DNA of 63,948 nucleotides, filler included, from an uncultured Myxococcia bacterium (GCA_964617105.1; 4 parts of 4 records of this genome joined end to end with filler, not necessarily neighbours in it), one strand, 5' to 3'. Positions 46,878 through 56,713 are shown, counted from the first letter of the whole stretch. Notes: generated by a model from the letters alone, not told the origin. Numbers and translations: made by a program.

Positions 46878-47861
46878 CTAGATTTGTAAAGAGATGGCTT
46901 TAAAAGATATTGACTTCTGAAATAGACGGGATATCGATTCTCCATTGTGAATACATTTAATCGCTTTGGCAAATAACGGCGCTACCGAAAGTTGAACGAT
47001 TTTCTTGCTTCTATTTTTCAAAGGCAAGGAGTTGGTAGTAACCAGTTTGGTGATAGTTGAATCTTCAATTTTTTCATAGGCGTCTTTGGTAAATACCGGA
47101 TGGACTACACCAACATAAATGTCTTGGGCGCCTTTCTCCTTAATGGCCTGGCTAGCGCGAATAATAGAGGCTCCCGTGGCTATTTCATCGTCAAAAATGA
47201 TACAGTTTTTACCTTCTATGTCACCGATAACATTAAATATTTCTGGCTGTTCAGTATCATCGTGACGGCGTTTGTCGAGAATGGCTAAATTCATCTTCAG
47301 GTTTTTGGCAAACCAGCCGGCCCGTTTGGCTGATCCAGCGTCAGTGGCAACCACAATGGAGTTTTTAAGCCCAATTTCTCGAAAGTATTCACAAATAACA
47401 TTTCCACCAACCAACTGGTCAGTAGGAATATTGAAAAAGCCCTGAATTTGGGGACTATGCAGATCCATAGCCAATATCCGACTGGCTCCGGCAGTTTCTA
47501 ACAGATCACCCATTAGCCGGGCGGAGATAGAAATTCTAGGTTCATCTTTTTTATCAGAGCGCACATAAGGAAAATATGGTAACACCGCAGTAATACGTGC
47601 CGCAGAGGCATATTTGAGGGCATCAAGGCTGATAAGGGTTTCCAAAATATAATTACTAAGTCCAGGCGTACAGGCGGTTTGGATAAAAAACACATCTGCC
47701 TCTCGGACATTTTCTTTAACCACCGCTTTGATATTATCGTTGGAAAAGGTTACAAAGTCGATGTTTGAAAGAGGAATATCTAGACATTCACATACTTCCA
47801 AAGCAAATTCTCGATGAGAGGAACCGGAAAAGATCAATAACCGTTGGCTGTAATTAATCAT
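46878..47861 (-). CDS. prs: Ribose-phosphate pyrophosphokinase
   Basis: PYFPYVRSDKK, MDLHSPQIQGFF and FDDEIATGAS. Confidence 0.95.
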   Translation of the reverse strand: MINYSQRLLIFSGSSHREFALEVCECLDIPLSNIDFVTFSNDNIKAVVKENVREADVFFIQTACTPGLSNYILETLISLDALKYASAARITAVLPYFPYVRSDKKDEPRISISARLMGDLLETAGASRILAMDLHSPQIQGFFNIPTDQLVGGNVICEYFREIGLKNSIVVATDAGSAKRAGWFAKNLKMNLAILDKRRHDDTEQPEIFNVIGDIEGKNCIIFDDEIATGASIIRASQAIKEKGAQDIYVGVVHPVFTKDAYEKIEDSTITKLVTTNSLPLKNRSKKIVQLSVAPLFAKAIKCIHNGESISRLFQKSISFKAISLQI

Positions 47862-47973
47862 ATTACTCTCTCTTTGATGTTTGGGATTAGTAAAGCGTTC
47901 TGCAGATAAAAAGATACTGAAAAAATCCACTCGGGTCAACCCTAAAAAGAGTTCATCCAAATATTAATTGAAA

Positions 47974-48363
47974 CTAGTTTAATTGAGAAGATTGGCAGGG
48001 CAGATCAAAGGTACCTATTTGAAGAAAAAAGACAAACTCATGCAATTTTTTTTGATCCACAGTTGATATTTTATGAATTTGAAGACCAAATCTGCAGGAG
48101 TAATCAGTGGATTTTTTCATCCATACTATTCTACCGGTTAGTTTTACCGGGGTATGACTCCAGGGAACTTTAAATTTAATTGGCATATTTATGCCAAGTT
48201 CAATTTCCTGGACAACCTTAATGCCTAATCCTTTATGGGTGATATCTACCATTTTAGCAGGCAGCCATTTTTTCCCTATTTGCATTTTCATAGGCATATT
48301 AACTGGAATCCTGGGTATAAGACGAAACCCTTTTAAATTCTCAGTTTCCTTTCTCCAGTTCAT
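47974..48363 (-). CDS. Single-domain PilZ protein
   Basis: RLIPR (RxxxR) and DITHKG (DxSxxG-like), GRIVW, FGLQI. Confidence 0.82.
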   Translation of the reverse strand: MNWRKETENLKGFRLIPRIPVNMPMKMQIGKKWLPAKMVDITHKGLGIKVVQEIELGINMPIKFKVPWSHTPVKLTGRIVWMKKSTDYSCRFGLQIHKISTVDQKKLHEFVFFLQIGTFDLPCQSSQLN

Positions 48364-48460
48364 TTTTTTCTCCCTGACCGAAATTTATTTATGTCATCCG
48401 ACTAATGGTGAAAAAATTGATTTGCAGTTAATTTTCTGATGGCAACTACTTTTATATAGT

Positions 48461-48476
48461 AGCAAAAAGCAGGCCA
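48461..48476 (-). promoter_or_regulatory. sigma54 promoter for the PilZ gene
   Basis: TGGCCTGCTTTTTGCT on the minus strand, with correct spacing. Confidence 0.65.
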
Positions 48477-48491
48477 AGATCAGAGGATGAT

Positions 48492-48513
48492 TATGGTGAT
48501 CTACATCACATTT
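48492..48513. promoter_or_regulatory. CRP-family binding site
   Basis: TATGGTGATCTACATCACATTT matches the E. coli CRP consensus AAATGTGATCTAGATCACATTT at 18/22. Confidence 0.65.
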
Positions 48514-48561
48514 CAGACCAAATAGGAGAAAGTTTTGACGGTTTATCTGACTGTTTGTTGT

Positions 48562-48577
48562 TGGCACACAATTTGCA
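48562..48577 (+). promoter_or_regulatory. sigma54 promoter (plus strand)
   Basis: TGGCACACAATTTGCA, an essentially consensus -24/-12 element. Confidence 0.8.
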
Positions 48578-48793
48578 TTAAATAACAGTTGTATATCAAC
48601 AAAGTTAGTTGTATTTATTCGATTAACATTTAATATACTGATTTAACAAGACAAATTGTGTTTGTATAAAATCTCGCAATCTTTTTATGATGCAATTTTG
48701 TCAATAAGCGTGAAATTTTTACCTACTAAGCATATTTTTAAAACTTCAGTTAACATTTCTGGCCTGAGGCTTTGATAGATATAGGAGGGAAAA

Positions 48794-49063
48794 ATGGCTA
48801 ACTACGAGATTAAAACTTTTAACAAAAAACATGGCATCAAGTTCAAAATAGATGGTGAATTTGATGGCGCAACGGCCTGGGATATACGTAATATTCTTAG
48901 TGATAAATTTCAGGATCACCAGATGAGATATACCTTTGACTTTTCAAAAGTCAGGAAGTTTTATCCATTTGGGGTAATGGTTTTTACCCAGGGACTAAAG
49001 GCAATCGACCCAACCCTTTCTAGATTTAAATTTATGGGCAATAAAGCGCCAATTTTTAAATAA
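48794..49063 (+). CDS. Small STAS-like protein
   Basis: AGGAGG RBS. KIDGEFDGATAW...FDFSKVRKFYPFG resembles the STAS fold. Confidence 0.65.
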   Translation: MANYEIKTFNKKHGIKFKIDGEFDGATAWDIRNILSDKFQDHQMRYTFDFSKVRKFYPFGVMVFTQGLKAIDPTLSRFKFMGNKAPIFK

Positions 49064-49077
49064 TTTTCTGGTTAGGA

Positions 49078-49494
49078 TTATAGATTTATACCAGAAGTTG
49101 CTGGTATTACTTTGCCGTACTTTACATCTTTGGTGCTGGCCAGGGCTTCACCCATAGTTAATATCTCTTTTGAGTTGCCTCTGAGAATCAATACTTCCAG
49201 GCAATTATGGGCGTCCATATGAACATGAAGGGCAGAAACTACTGCCTTGTGGTTTTTATGTTGAATTGAAGTTAATCTTTGAGATAGATCAGATGAATCA
49301 TGATCATATACCAGAACCACCACCGCTACTTTTTCGCTATCATCAGAAGGAGATGACCATTCCTGATTTACTAACTGTTTCCTGATTAGGTCTCTAACCG
49401 CCTCAGATCTATTCTGGTATCCGCGTTTATTGATGTACTCATCAAACTGAAGGAGTAAGTTATCATCTAAAGAGATGCCAATCCTTTGTAACAT
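49078..49494 (-). CDS. nikR: Nickel-responsive regulator NikR
   Basis: RHH domain RIGISL...NRSEAVRDLIR and Ni site QH...HVHMDAHNCLEV. Confidence 0.95.
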   Translation of the reverse strand: MLQRIGISLDDNLLLQFDEYINKRGYQNRSEAVRDLIRKQLVNQEWSSPSDDSEKVAVVVLVYDHDSSDLSQRLTSIQHKNHKAVVSALHVHMDAHNCLEVLILRGNSKEILTMGEALASTKDVKYGKVIPATSGINL

Positions 49495-49509
49495 AATTAT
49501 AACCGGCTA

Positions 49510-50337
49510 TTATCCCAATAATTGGCTGGCAATCATACTTTGAATGTTGTTGCTCTGGGCAGCCACAGCCACTGCCGCCTTGGCGAGTATTTCGTTCTGA
49601 GCCGCCTGTGAACTGGCGCTGGCATAATCGGTGTCCAATATTCGAGAACGGGATGCCGCGGTGTTAGTCCTGGCACTCTCCACATAATCGCCTCTGTGCT
49701 CAAGAGAATTGACAGAACTTCCCAGGTCGGTTCTTCGGGATGATACCTCATCTATAGCGCTGTCAATCTCTTCCAAAGCACTTTGAGCCCCAGCCTGGGA
49801 AGAAACATCGGTAGTATCGATTCCCAGAGCGCTGGCAGTTGATGAGGAAAAGGAGACGCTAACTATATGTTCAGGATCGCTACCTTCTCCAGCCTGTATA
49901 TCTACCTGATCGGTGGAGCCATCTAGAAGATTTCTTCCATTAAATTGGGTGTTGTTGGCCGTATCTGTGACAGATTCTTTCAACTGCTGAAGTTCCTGGT
50001 TGATCATTTCTCTTTGATTATCGTTCAGGGTGCCGTTGGCAGCCTGAACCGCCAATTCTCTCATGCGAACCAGAGCATCTGACTGGCTGGAAAGGGCACT
50101 GTCTCCAACCTGGGTCATGGAAACAGCATCGTTGATATTGCGAATGGCCTGGCTCTGGGATCGCGCTATGGCGGTAAGATTTTGAGATATTGCTAGTCCA
50201 GCGGCATCATCAGCAGCGCTGTTTATCCGTTTGCCGCTGGCCATGCTGGTTTGAACTTTTTGCAAAGCCTTAACATTACTGCCTATTTGCCTGTTGGCTA
50301 TCATGGGTAATAAATTGGTTTGCATGGTGATCGGCAT
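49510..50337 (-). CDS. Short flagellin (D0/D1 only)
   Basis: SGKRINSAADDAAGLAI, RMRELAVQAANGT, FNGRNLLDG and SRILDTDYA. Confidence 0.92.
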   Translation of the reverse strand: MPITMQTNLLPMIANRQIGSNVKALQKVQTSMASGKRINSAADDAAGLAISQNLTAIARSQSQAIRNINDAVSMTQVGDSALSSQSDALVRMRELAVQAANGTLNDNQREMINQELQQLKESVTDTANNTQFNGRNLLDGSTDQVDIQAGEGSDPEHIVSVSFSSSTASALGIDTTDVSSQAGAQSALEEIDSAIDEVSSRRTDLGSSVNSLEHRGDYVESARTNTAASRSRILDTDYASASSQAAQNEILAKAAVAVAAQSNNIQSMIASQLLG

Positions 50338-50610
50338 AGATTCTCCTTAGAGTTCACTTAATATCCCATAAAAAGAACTCAAATGAGTAACAATTTATTT
50401 ATTATTGTTAATATTATACCTTTTTTAACAAATTTAGTCAATCCACGGATTAACACGTCACTGTCAAGGCTGTTGAAGCAATCGTTCTCTATGGCCCAGT
50501 GCCTCCATAGAAGTATTTACGATAGAATATTGAACAACTTGATGATTTACAGGGTATTTGTTAAAATAAATAAATCTAAAATAACTTCAATTAAATATGT
50601 GGGTGAAAAT

Positions 50611-51465
50611 ATGTTTAACCGTAAGAGCAACAACCAATTTACTGGAGCGAAAAAATATGTTTTGGATGAGGAGTTGGCCAAAATTGTCAATATCTCTATG
50701 GCCCTGGAGATGCCCCTGCTATTGAAAGGTGAGCCGGGTACTGGTAAAACTATGTTGGCCCATGCTATTACCGAGAGTCTGAAGATACCTTTGATTGTCT
50801 TAAATGTGAAATCCAGCATGAAGTTAGTGGATGCCCTTTATCAATACGACACCCTTACCAGGCTCAACGATAGCCGTTTTGGCGACTCTCGCCGCGATGT
50901 TAGCAAAATCGAAGATTACATCAAGATGGGTAAAATTGGCCAGGCCTTTACTGCGGAGCAAAAGGTAGTGCTGTTGATCGATGAAATCGACAAGGCAGAC
51001 ACCGATTTTCAAGATGATATGCTTGATGTGCTGGACCAGATGGAATTTGATATTATTGAAATCGATCAGACAGTATCAGCGGTAAACCGTCCGGTTATTA
51101 TCATCACCTCCAATGCTAAAAAAGATCTGTCCGACCCCTTTTTGGGCCGTTGTAATTTCCACCATATCGCCTTTCCCGATCCGAAAATGATGCGGAAAAT
51201 TATCAACACTCATTTCCCTGACCTCGATTCAATTCTTGCTGAAAATGCCATTGCCACTTTCTACCGGCTAAGAGACTTTAATGATATTGAGAAAAAACCG
51301 GCCACCAGGGAACTGATCAACTGGATCAGGGCTCTAAATGCTGATGCTGAGTTTAAACCGAAAAACTTATCCAAAGGGGATATCCCTTTTCTGGGGGTGC
51401 TATTTAAAAAAAGCCAGGATTATGCACAGATTGCCAACCGAATCAGCCGCCGAAGGATTTTTTAA
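50611..51465 (+). CDS. MoxR/CoxD-like AAA+ ATPase
   Basis: GEPGTGKT, LYQYD...RL.D, LLIDEIDKAD, ITSN and KKPATRELINW. Confidence 0.9.
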   Translation: MFNRKSNNQFTGAKKYVLDEELAKIVNISMALEMPLLLKGEPGTGKTMLAHAITESLKIPLIVLNVKSSMKLVDALYQYDTLTRLNDSRFGDSRRDVSKIEDYIKMGKIGQAFTAEQKVVLLIDEIDKADTDFQDDMLDVLDQMEFDIIEIDQTVSAVNRPVIIITSNAKKDLSDPFLGRCNFHHIAFPDPKMMRKIINTHFPDLDSILAENAIATFYRLRDFNDIEKKPATRELINWIRALNADAEFKPKNLSKGDIPFLGVLFKKSQDYAQIANRISRRRIF

Positions 51466-51468
51466 GTA

Positions 51469-52155
51469 ATGTTTATCGATTTTTTTTACAGCCTAAAAGA
51501 GGCGGGGGTTCCGGTTAATCCCACATCTTTTTTAACTCTTCAGAAAAGTTTGAGCCTTGGTTTGGTCAACTGTTTAGAAGATTTTTACACTACCTCAAGA
51601 ACCATTCTGGTTAAGAGTGAACGCTATTTTGATCTGTTTGACCAGATCTTTGCCTATAAATTTCAAGGAGCGGAACTGCCTGATGATCACGGTATTGAAG
51701 TAGACCAACTGGCCCAGTCGATGTTAGATGAGTGGCTGAAAGATCCTCAAATTGTGGCTCGGTCTTTGGGTATTGATCCATCCACTTTAAAACAACTCTC
51801 ACCTGATCAGTTGGTTGAATATTTTAAGAAAATACTACAACAACAGACCGAAAGGCACGATGGGGGAGGCAAGTGGATCGGCACTGGCGGAACTTCTCCG
51901 GTAGGTCATTCCGGATTTCATCCTGGAGGAATGAGAATTGGAGGCGTTTCAAAAAACAAATCAGCGGTAAAAGTGGCTTTGGAAAGAAGATACAAGGACT
52001 ACTCCAAAGGGGGACCCCTGACTCAATCAATGGTGGGAGAAGCCTTAAAAAGGCTGAGAAATCTGCTGCCCTCGGGTCCAAAGGATAATATCAACATTGA
52101 TCAGACAATTTACCGTACCATGAAAAATTGCGGGGAGATTGAGATTGTCTTTGAC
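51469..52155 (+). CDS. VWA/CoxE-like partner of MoxR, 3'-truncated
   Basis: MFIDFFY.L...GVPV, LVKSE..FD.FD and ERHDGGGKWIGTGGTSP.GH.G. Lies 3 bp after moxR. Confidence 0.82.
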
Positions 52156-52255
52156 NNNNNNNNNNNNNNNNNNNNNNNNNNNNNNNNNNNNNNNNNNNNT
52201 TAATTAATTAANNNNNNNNNNNNNNNNNNNNNNNNNNNNNNNNNNNNNNNNNNNN
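52156..52255. other. Artificial contig spacer
   Basis: N44-TTAATTAATTAA-N44. Confidence 0.98.
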
Positions 52256-52256
52256 C

Positions 52257-53168
52257 GATGTATCTTTGTCCCTTAAACAGGGAGAAGTTGTGGGTCTGGT
52301 GGGTGAGAGTGGATGCGGAAAAACAACCCTGGGTAAGTCTATTTTGCGGCTATCTGAAATTGACAAGGGATCAGTGGTGATAAACGGAGAAAATATCGGG
52401 CACTACTCCCCCTCCCACTTGAAAAATAAACGGCGGGATTTTCAATTGCTCTACCAAAATCCCGAATCCTGTCTGAACCCACACATGACAGTTGAACAAA
52501 TCTTAAAAGAAACCATTAAAATCCATAAGTTAGCCGCTAACAGAAAAGAGTCGAAACAACTATTGACCCAAATGTTGGAAAAAGTGGGACTGCAGGGTAA
52601 AGAGAGAGCCTATCCTGGTCAACTTAGCGGTGGCGAAAAGCGGCGAGCGGGACTGGCCAGGATATTAATGATGCAGCCTAAGTTGATTATTGCTGATGAA
52701 CCGGTGAGCGGCCTGGACGCTCATATTAAAAGACGCATTATTGACCTGATGTTGAATTTGAAAGGTAAAGATACTGCCTATTTGATAATCTCCCACGATT
52801 TAAACCTGGTTCGTTACGCCTGCCAAAGGATAATCTCCATGTATTTGGGAAGAGTGGTGGAAATATTTGATAACCAGGTGCCTAATCGGAGACATCATCC
52901 ATATACGGAAGAATTGTTGAATGCTTCTATTTACATGAATTTACCTGAGCGTCCCAGTAAACGAGGAATTTTGGCAATGAGTGTTAAAGGCCAAATTACC
53001 CAAGAAGACTTATCCGCTACCCCCGGATGTCTTTATAGGTTCCGGTGCAAATATGCCATGCGCAACAAAAAGTTGATGGAATTATGTCAAAAATGGCAAC
53101 CTTATTTAAAAAATAGCGGCCGAGATGGTTGCGATGCACTACAAATAGCCTGCCATCGATATCTTTAG
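52257..53168 (+). CDS. Oligopeptide/dipeptide ABC transporter ATP-binding subunit (OppF/DppF-like), 5'-truncated
   Basis: GESGCGKTT, LSGGEKRR, IADEP, SHD, HPYT and C-terminal GC...RC...C...ACH. Confidence 0.92.
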   Translation, partial: DVSLSLKQGEVVGLVGESGCGKTTLGKSILRLSEIDKGSVVINGENIGHYSPSHLKNKRRDFQLLYQNPESCLNPHMTVEQILKETIKIHKLAANRKESKQLLTQMLEKVGLQGKERAYPGQLSGGEKRRAGLARILMMQPKLIIADEPVSGLDAHIKRRIIDLMLNLKGKDTAYLIISHDLNLVRYACQRIISMYLGRVVEIFDNQVPNRRHHPYTEELLNASIYMNLPERPSKRGILAMSVKGQITQEDLSATPGCLYRFRCKYAMRNKKLMELCQKWQPYLKNSGRDGCDALQIACHRYL

Positions 53169-53179
53169 AAAGGTTTAGT

Positions 53180-54049
53180 TTGAAAAACAATAGTGTCCGA
53201 AACTGCACGGCAAACTTATTATTTCTATTCCTATTTTTCCTGGCCCTGACCAGAAATTATTATCCGGCTATGGCTAATGAGCTGGTTGATTATCTTTATC
53301 ATCGCGACCAGGGATATCTCTATTATAATGACAAATGGTATAAGGATGCTCTACAGGAATTTAAAATAGCCGCCTCCTGCCCCAAAGGAGGTAAAGATTT
53401 CCGCACCATCATGGGGCTAGCCCGTACCTATTACAAACTCTTTAACCTGAAGATGGCGATGAAAAAGTGTGAATTAGCCAAATATTTGGCGGCATCCCGC
53501 CGACAACAAATGGCTGCATCCTCGTTCCTAAAAAGGATAAAACTCCATTATAGCCAGGTTAAAATAGAGCCGGATAAACCAATACCTGGTCAAATTAAAA
53601 TCGAATTAAAACTTCTCTCCCCTTTTATTATGCCAGAGAAAAAACAATATTTTAAAAAAAAACAACACTACCTGGCGGAAACTGGTGTCTCCCTTCCAGC
53701 CATTATTTTTTTACCGGTAGGCGAATATCTGATCCAAGGCCAAAAGCTCTCTTTAACCAGGGAAAAAACCGCGGTGGTAAAGTTAGATTCTTTATCTGCA
53801 GGTCCTAAAAACCTGCTGGCCCAAAAAGATACAACTTTATCCGGCAAAACTATATCGACTTTTCTAGGGTCGGATACCAATTCATTAAAAAGCCAAGAGG
53901 TGAAAAGTTTTCCCAATTGGTATAACACCTGGTGGTTCTATACCGCGGTGAGTAGCGCCACTATTATTGCCGGCAGTGCGCTCTATTACAGTTCCGGACC
54001 AGATAAACCAGAAGTTAAAGTTAAATTTCCTCCGCTCTTTCAACCGTAG
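53180..54049 (+). CDS. Exported TPR-containing hypothetical protein with C-terminal hydrophobic segment
   Basis: Signal-like N-terminus, TPR-like helices and WYNTWWFYTAV tail. Start uncertain (TTG). Confidence 0.6.
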   Translation: MKNNSVRNCTANLLFLFLFFLALTRNYYPAMANELVDYLYHRDQGYLYYNDKWYKDALQEFKIAASCPKGGKDFRTIMGLARTYYKLFNLKMAMKKCELAKYLAASRRQQMAASSFLKRIKLHYSQVKIEPDKPIPGQIKIELKLLSPFIMPEKKQYFKKKQHYLAETGVSLPAIIFLPVGEYLIQGQKLSLTREKTAVVKLDSLSAGPKNLLAQKDTTLSGKTISTFLGSDTNSLKSQEVKSFPNWYNTWWFYTAVSSATIIAGSALYYSSGPDKPEVKVKFPPLFQP

Positions 54050-54061
54050 GAGTAATCTACC

Positions 54062-55192
54062 ATGATAACCAAACGAATTTTCGGATGGATACTCATTGCT
54101 CTTTTTATCTTAATATTCTCCACAGTTGCCTTTGCCAGGGGAGCCCATCCTATCCTGATTTCTGGTAAAAAGGCGGGGAATTGCTACTATCCCCTCTGGT
54201 CCAGGGATGGAAAAAAATTGGCCTACGAGGTGAATTACCTAAAAACACGGCTGATAGAACTCTATATGATCAATTTCTTCCCGGAAATTAAAGAAATTAA
54301 GGTGGAACTGGATGAATACTCTGCCGATCAACTGCTAAAAGAGTTTGATAAGAATCAGGGAAAAGTCAGGTATGAACTATCCTGGTCTCCACCATTGTTG
54401 GACCGTTACATCTTCTCCAGCAATGNNNNNNNNNNGGGGGACAACTACAACCTGTTTATCTCCAAAGTAGGGGCTATTACTAAAGACAAACACGCCGATG
54501 GACAGCCTTTCTGGTCTCCGGATGGTAAAAAAATCGTCTTTGTATCCGGCAGAAGCGGCAACGGCGATCTCTACCTGCTCAATACTTTTAATTTAGAGAA
54601 AGGTGTTAGGCGGCTCACATTTTCTGATAATAAATCGGAATTGTTTCCGGTTTTTTCACCTGACAGTAAGCAAGTGGCTTTTATGGTCCACTCCAACCAG
54701 GGAGACAATATCTATCTACTCCCCGATCTATTAAAACCCAAAAATGTAAAACGTCTTACTTTTTCAAACTCCACCTACACCAATCCCTCCTGGTCACCAG
54801 ATGGAAAACGGATCGCCTTTTTTAGCCGCAAATCGAAAACCAATACTCAAGAGATAGTTATCTATAACCTGGCCTCTGGCAAGAGTTATCCTGTTGCCAG
54901 AGGAGTGGTGAATAGTGAACGCAGAGGCCCCAGTTGGGGACCAAATGGAAAAAAAATATTTTATATTGCCAAAAGCAAAGAGTTCAACAATCCTATTAAA
55001 GTTGTGGATATCAAGTCGGGGAAAAATAGTTTGATCTCTACCGATACTCTCTTGAATGCGGATTTAGATCTAGTGCAAGATCCACAGAAAAACGTTATTC
55101 TGGCCTTCACTGCCCAGGGCAGAAAAGGAGATAAAAACAAACGCTGGAGAAAAGTATATATTTTTCCGGTAAACCGCAATATTTTAAAATAA
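54062..55192 (+). CDS. TolB-like PD40 beta-propeller protein (10-N gap at 54426-54435)
   Basis: Signal peptide AFA and repeated P.WSPDGK.I.F.S motifs. Confidence 0.88.
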   Translation: MITKRIFGWILIALFILIFSTVAFARGAHPILISGKKAGNCYYPLWSRDGKKLAYEVNYLKTRLIELYMINFFPEIKEIKVELDEYSADQLLKEFDKNQGKVRYELSWSPPLLDRYIFSSNXXXXGDNYNLFISKVGAITKDKHADGQPFWSPDGKKIVFVSGRSGNGDLYLLNTFNLEKGVRRLTFSDNKSELFPVFSPDSKQVAFMVHSNQGDNIYLLPDLLKPKNVKRLTFSNSTYTNPSWSPDGKRIAFFSRKSKTNTQEIVIYNLASGKSYPVARGVVNSERRGPSWGPNGKKIFYIAKSKEFNNPIKVVDIKSGKNSLISTDTLLNADLDLVQDPQKNVILAFTAQGRKGDKNKRWRKVYIFPVNRNILK

Positions 55193-55194
55193 AC

Positions 55195-56697
55195 ATGCGT
55201 GTTAATGTTAATATTTACATCATCCTGCTCCTTGTTATTTTTCTGCATAAAGCGGTAGCATGCTGGGCAGAAGATAGGACCCCACAAGGGATCGCCGCCA
55301 TGGTGATCAGCCAGGATTTAAAAAAATCAAACTACAGCCATAAAACCGCTGCCCTTATGGATTTAACTCTTAGTCGTTACCTGGAAAAAGGGGTGGATAA
55401 AACCCGGTTTTATATCTTCAATTGGCAGGAATACTTCTCTGGCTCTCTGCCTAAAAGTTGCCATCTGCGAATAAAAAACGGGAAAAAAAGTTTGCAGGAG
55501 GGAATCTCATTACTCAATAAAAACAACTTTCAACCGGCAAAAAATAAATTATACAAGGCCAAATTTTACTTTCGCAACTCTTTCTATTTTCTCACCAGCC
55601 TGGATATCTACCGAGATACAGTTCTCCATTTAGCCAGGGCCGAATATCTCCTGGGAAACGTGAATCAATCCGGCTATTTTTTGGCAAACTCCCTCAACCT
55701 GGATCCCAGTATGGAAACCTTTCCTGGCCCAAAGATTGATAATAATTTCGCCGATCTGTTCCAGCAGGCCAGACTTTCGCGGCTGGGTAAAAAACGGATA
55801 TCCTGGCAAATCAAGTGTAATCAAACCAATGTACAAATTTATCTGAACACCAAATTTGTCGGCTTGTGTCCCCAAAAACTCGAAAGTGTTCCCCTGGGAA
55901 TTCATTTTATCTCTGCTTATAAAACCGGGTTTAAAAAATGGGGAAGAGCACAGGAGTTAAAAGATAACCTCAACCCTAATACGATTTCGGTTGATCTGCA
56001 AAAAGGTTCTCGTTACCAATCATTTCAAGAGATTGCCAACCTGGGAGATAAAAATGATCGCTTATTTATTCTGAATAAGTTGCGGCAGTTGGCGAGTAAA
56101 CTAGACGTAAAATTGCTAATGCTTTTCTATTTGTCTGAAAACCTTAACCGAGGAAAAATTAAAAGCATTATCTATCGGCTCGACAAAACCGAAATATTCA
56201 TCCAGGCAAATAAAAATTATTATTTCGGCCAAAAAAACAAAAAGCCTGAAGAATCTTTTTCTCATATTGCTGCTGCTATTGAAACGCATCTTCCAGATCT
56301 CCTTGATATCGATTACCTCCCCATCCTTTCATCAACAATAAATGCCAAGTACAACCCTCCATCAATAGTCTTGAAGAGATTGCCTGAACAGGAACTCTTT
56401 TCTGATAAAGAGGAAAAAGATATAGAAAAAGAGATAGAGATAGAAGATTTACCGGTTATCACTTTGGATGAGTTGCTGAAAAAGCCTGGGAATCTGCTGC
56501 CAGACTCAAAAGTTGATAAAATCAAAACTGTGGATATAATAAAGGCAACACCTGAGACATTACAAACTGAACAAAATAAAGAAAAAACTAAAGAAAAATC
56601 TAAACGTCCAAAAGAAGCAGGGAAAAAAATCAAGATGGATTTGGAAGACGATCTTGTTGAAGGCAAAAAAATAATCCAAGGATCAATGGACGAATAA
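55195..56697 (+). CDS. Exported PEGA-domain protein with acidic/basic tail
   Basis: VQIYLNTKFVGLCP...VPLGIHFISAYKTGFKKW PEGA pattern, preceded by a TPR-like region. Confidence 0.7.
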   Translation: MRVNVNIYIILLLVIFLHKAVACWAEDRTPQGIAAMVISQDLKKSNYSHKTAALMDLTLSRYLEKGVDKTRFYIFNWQEYFSGSLPKSCHLRIKNGKKSLQEGISLLNKNNFQPAKNKLYKAKFYFRNSFYFLTSLDIYRDTVLHLARAEYLLGNVNQSGYFLANSLNLDPSMETFPGPKIDNNFADLFQQARLSRLGKKRISWQIKCNQTNVQIYLNTKFVGLCPQKLESVPLGIHFISAYKTGFKKWGRAQELKDNLNPNTISVDLQKGSRYQSFQEIANLGDKNDRLFILNKLRQLASKLDVKLLMLFYLSENLNRGKIKSIIYRLDKTEIFIQANKNYYFGQKNKKPEESFSHIAAAIETHLPDLLDIDYLPILSSTINAKYNPPSIVLKRLPEQELFSDKEEKDIEKEIEIEDLPVITLDELLKKPGNLLPDSKVDKIKTVDIIKATPETLQTEQNKEKTKEKSKRPKEAGKKIKMDLEDDLVEGKKIIQGSMDE

Positions 56698-56713
56698 TAG
56701 ACGGAGATTACCT

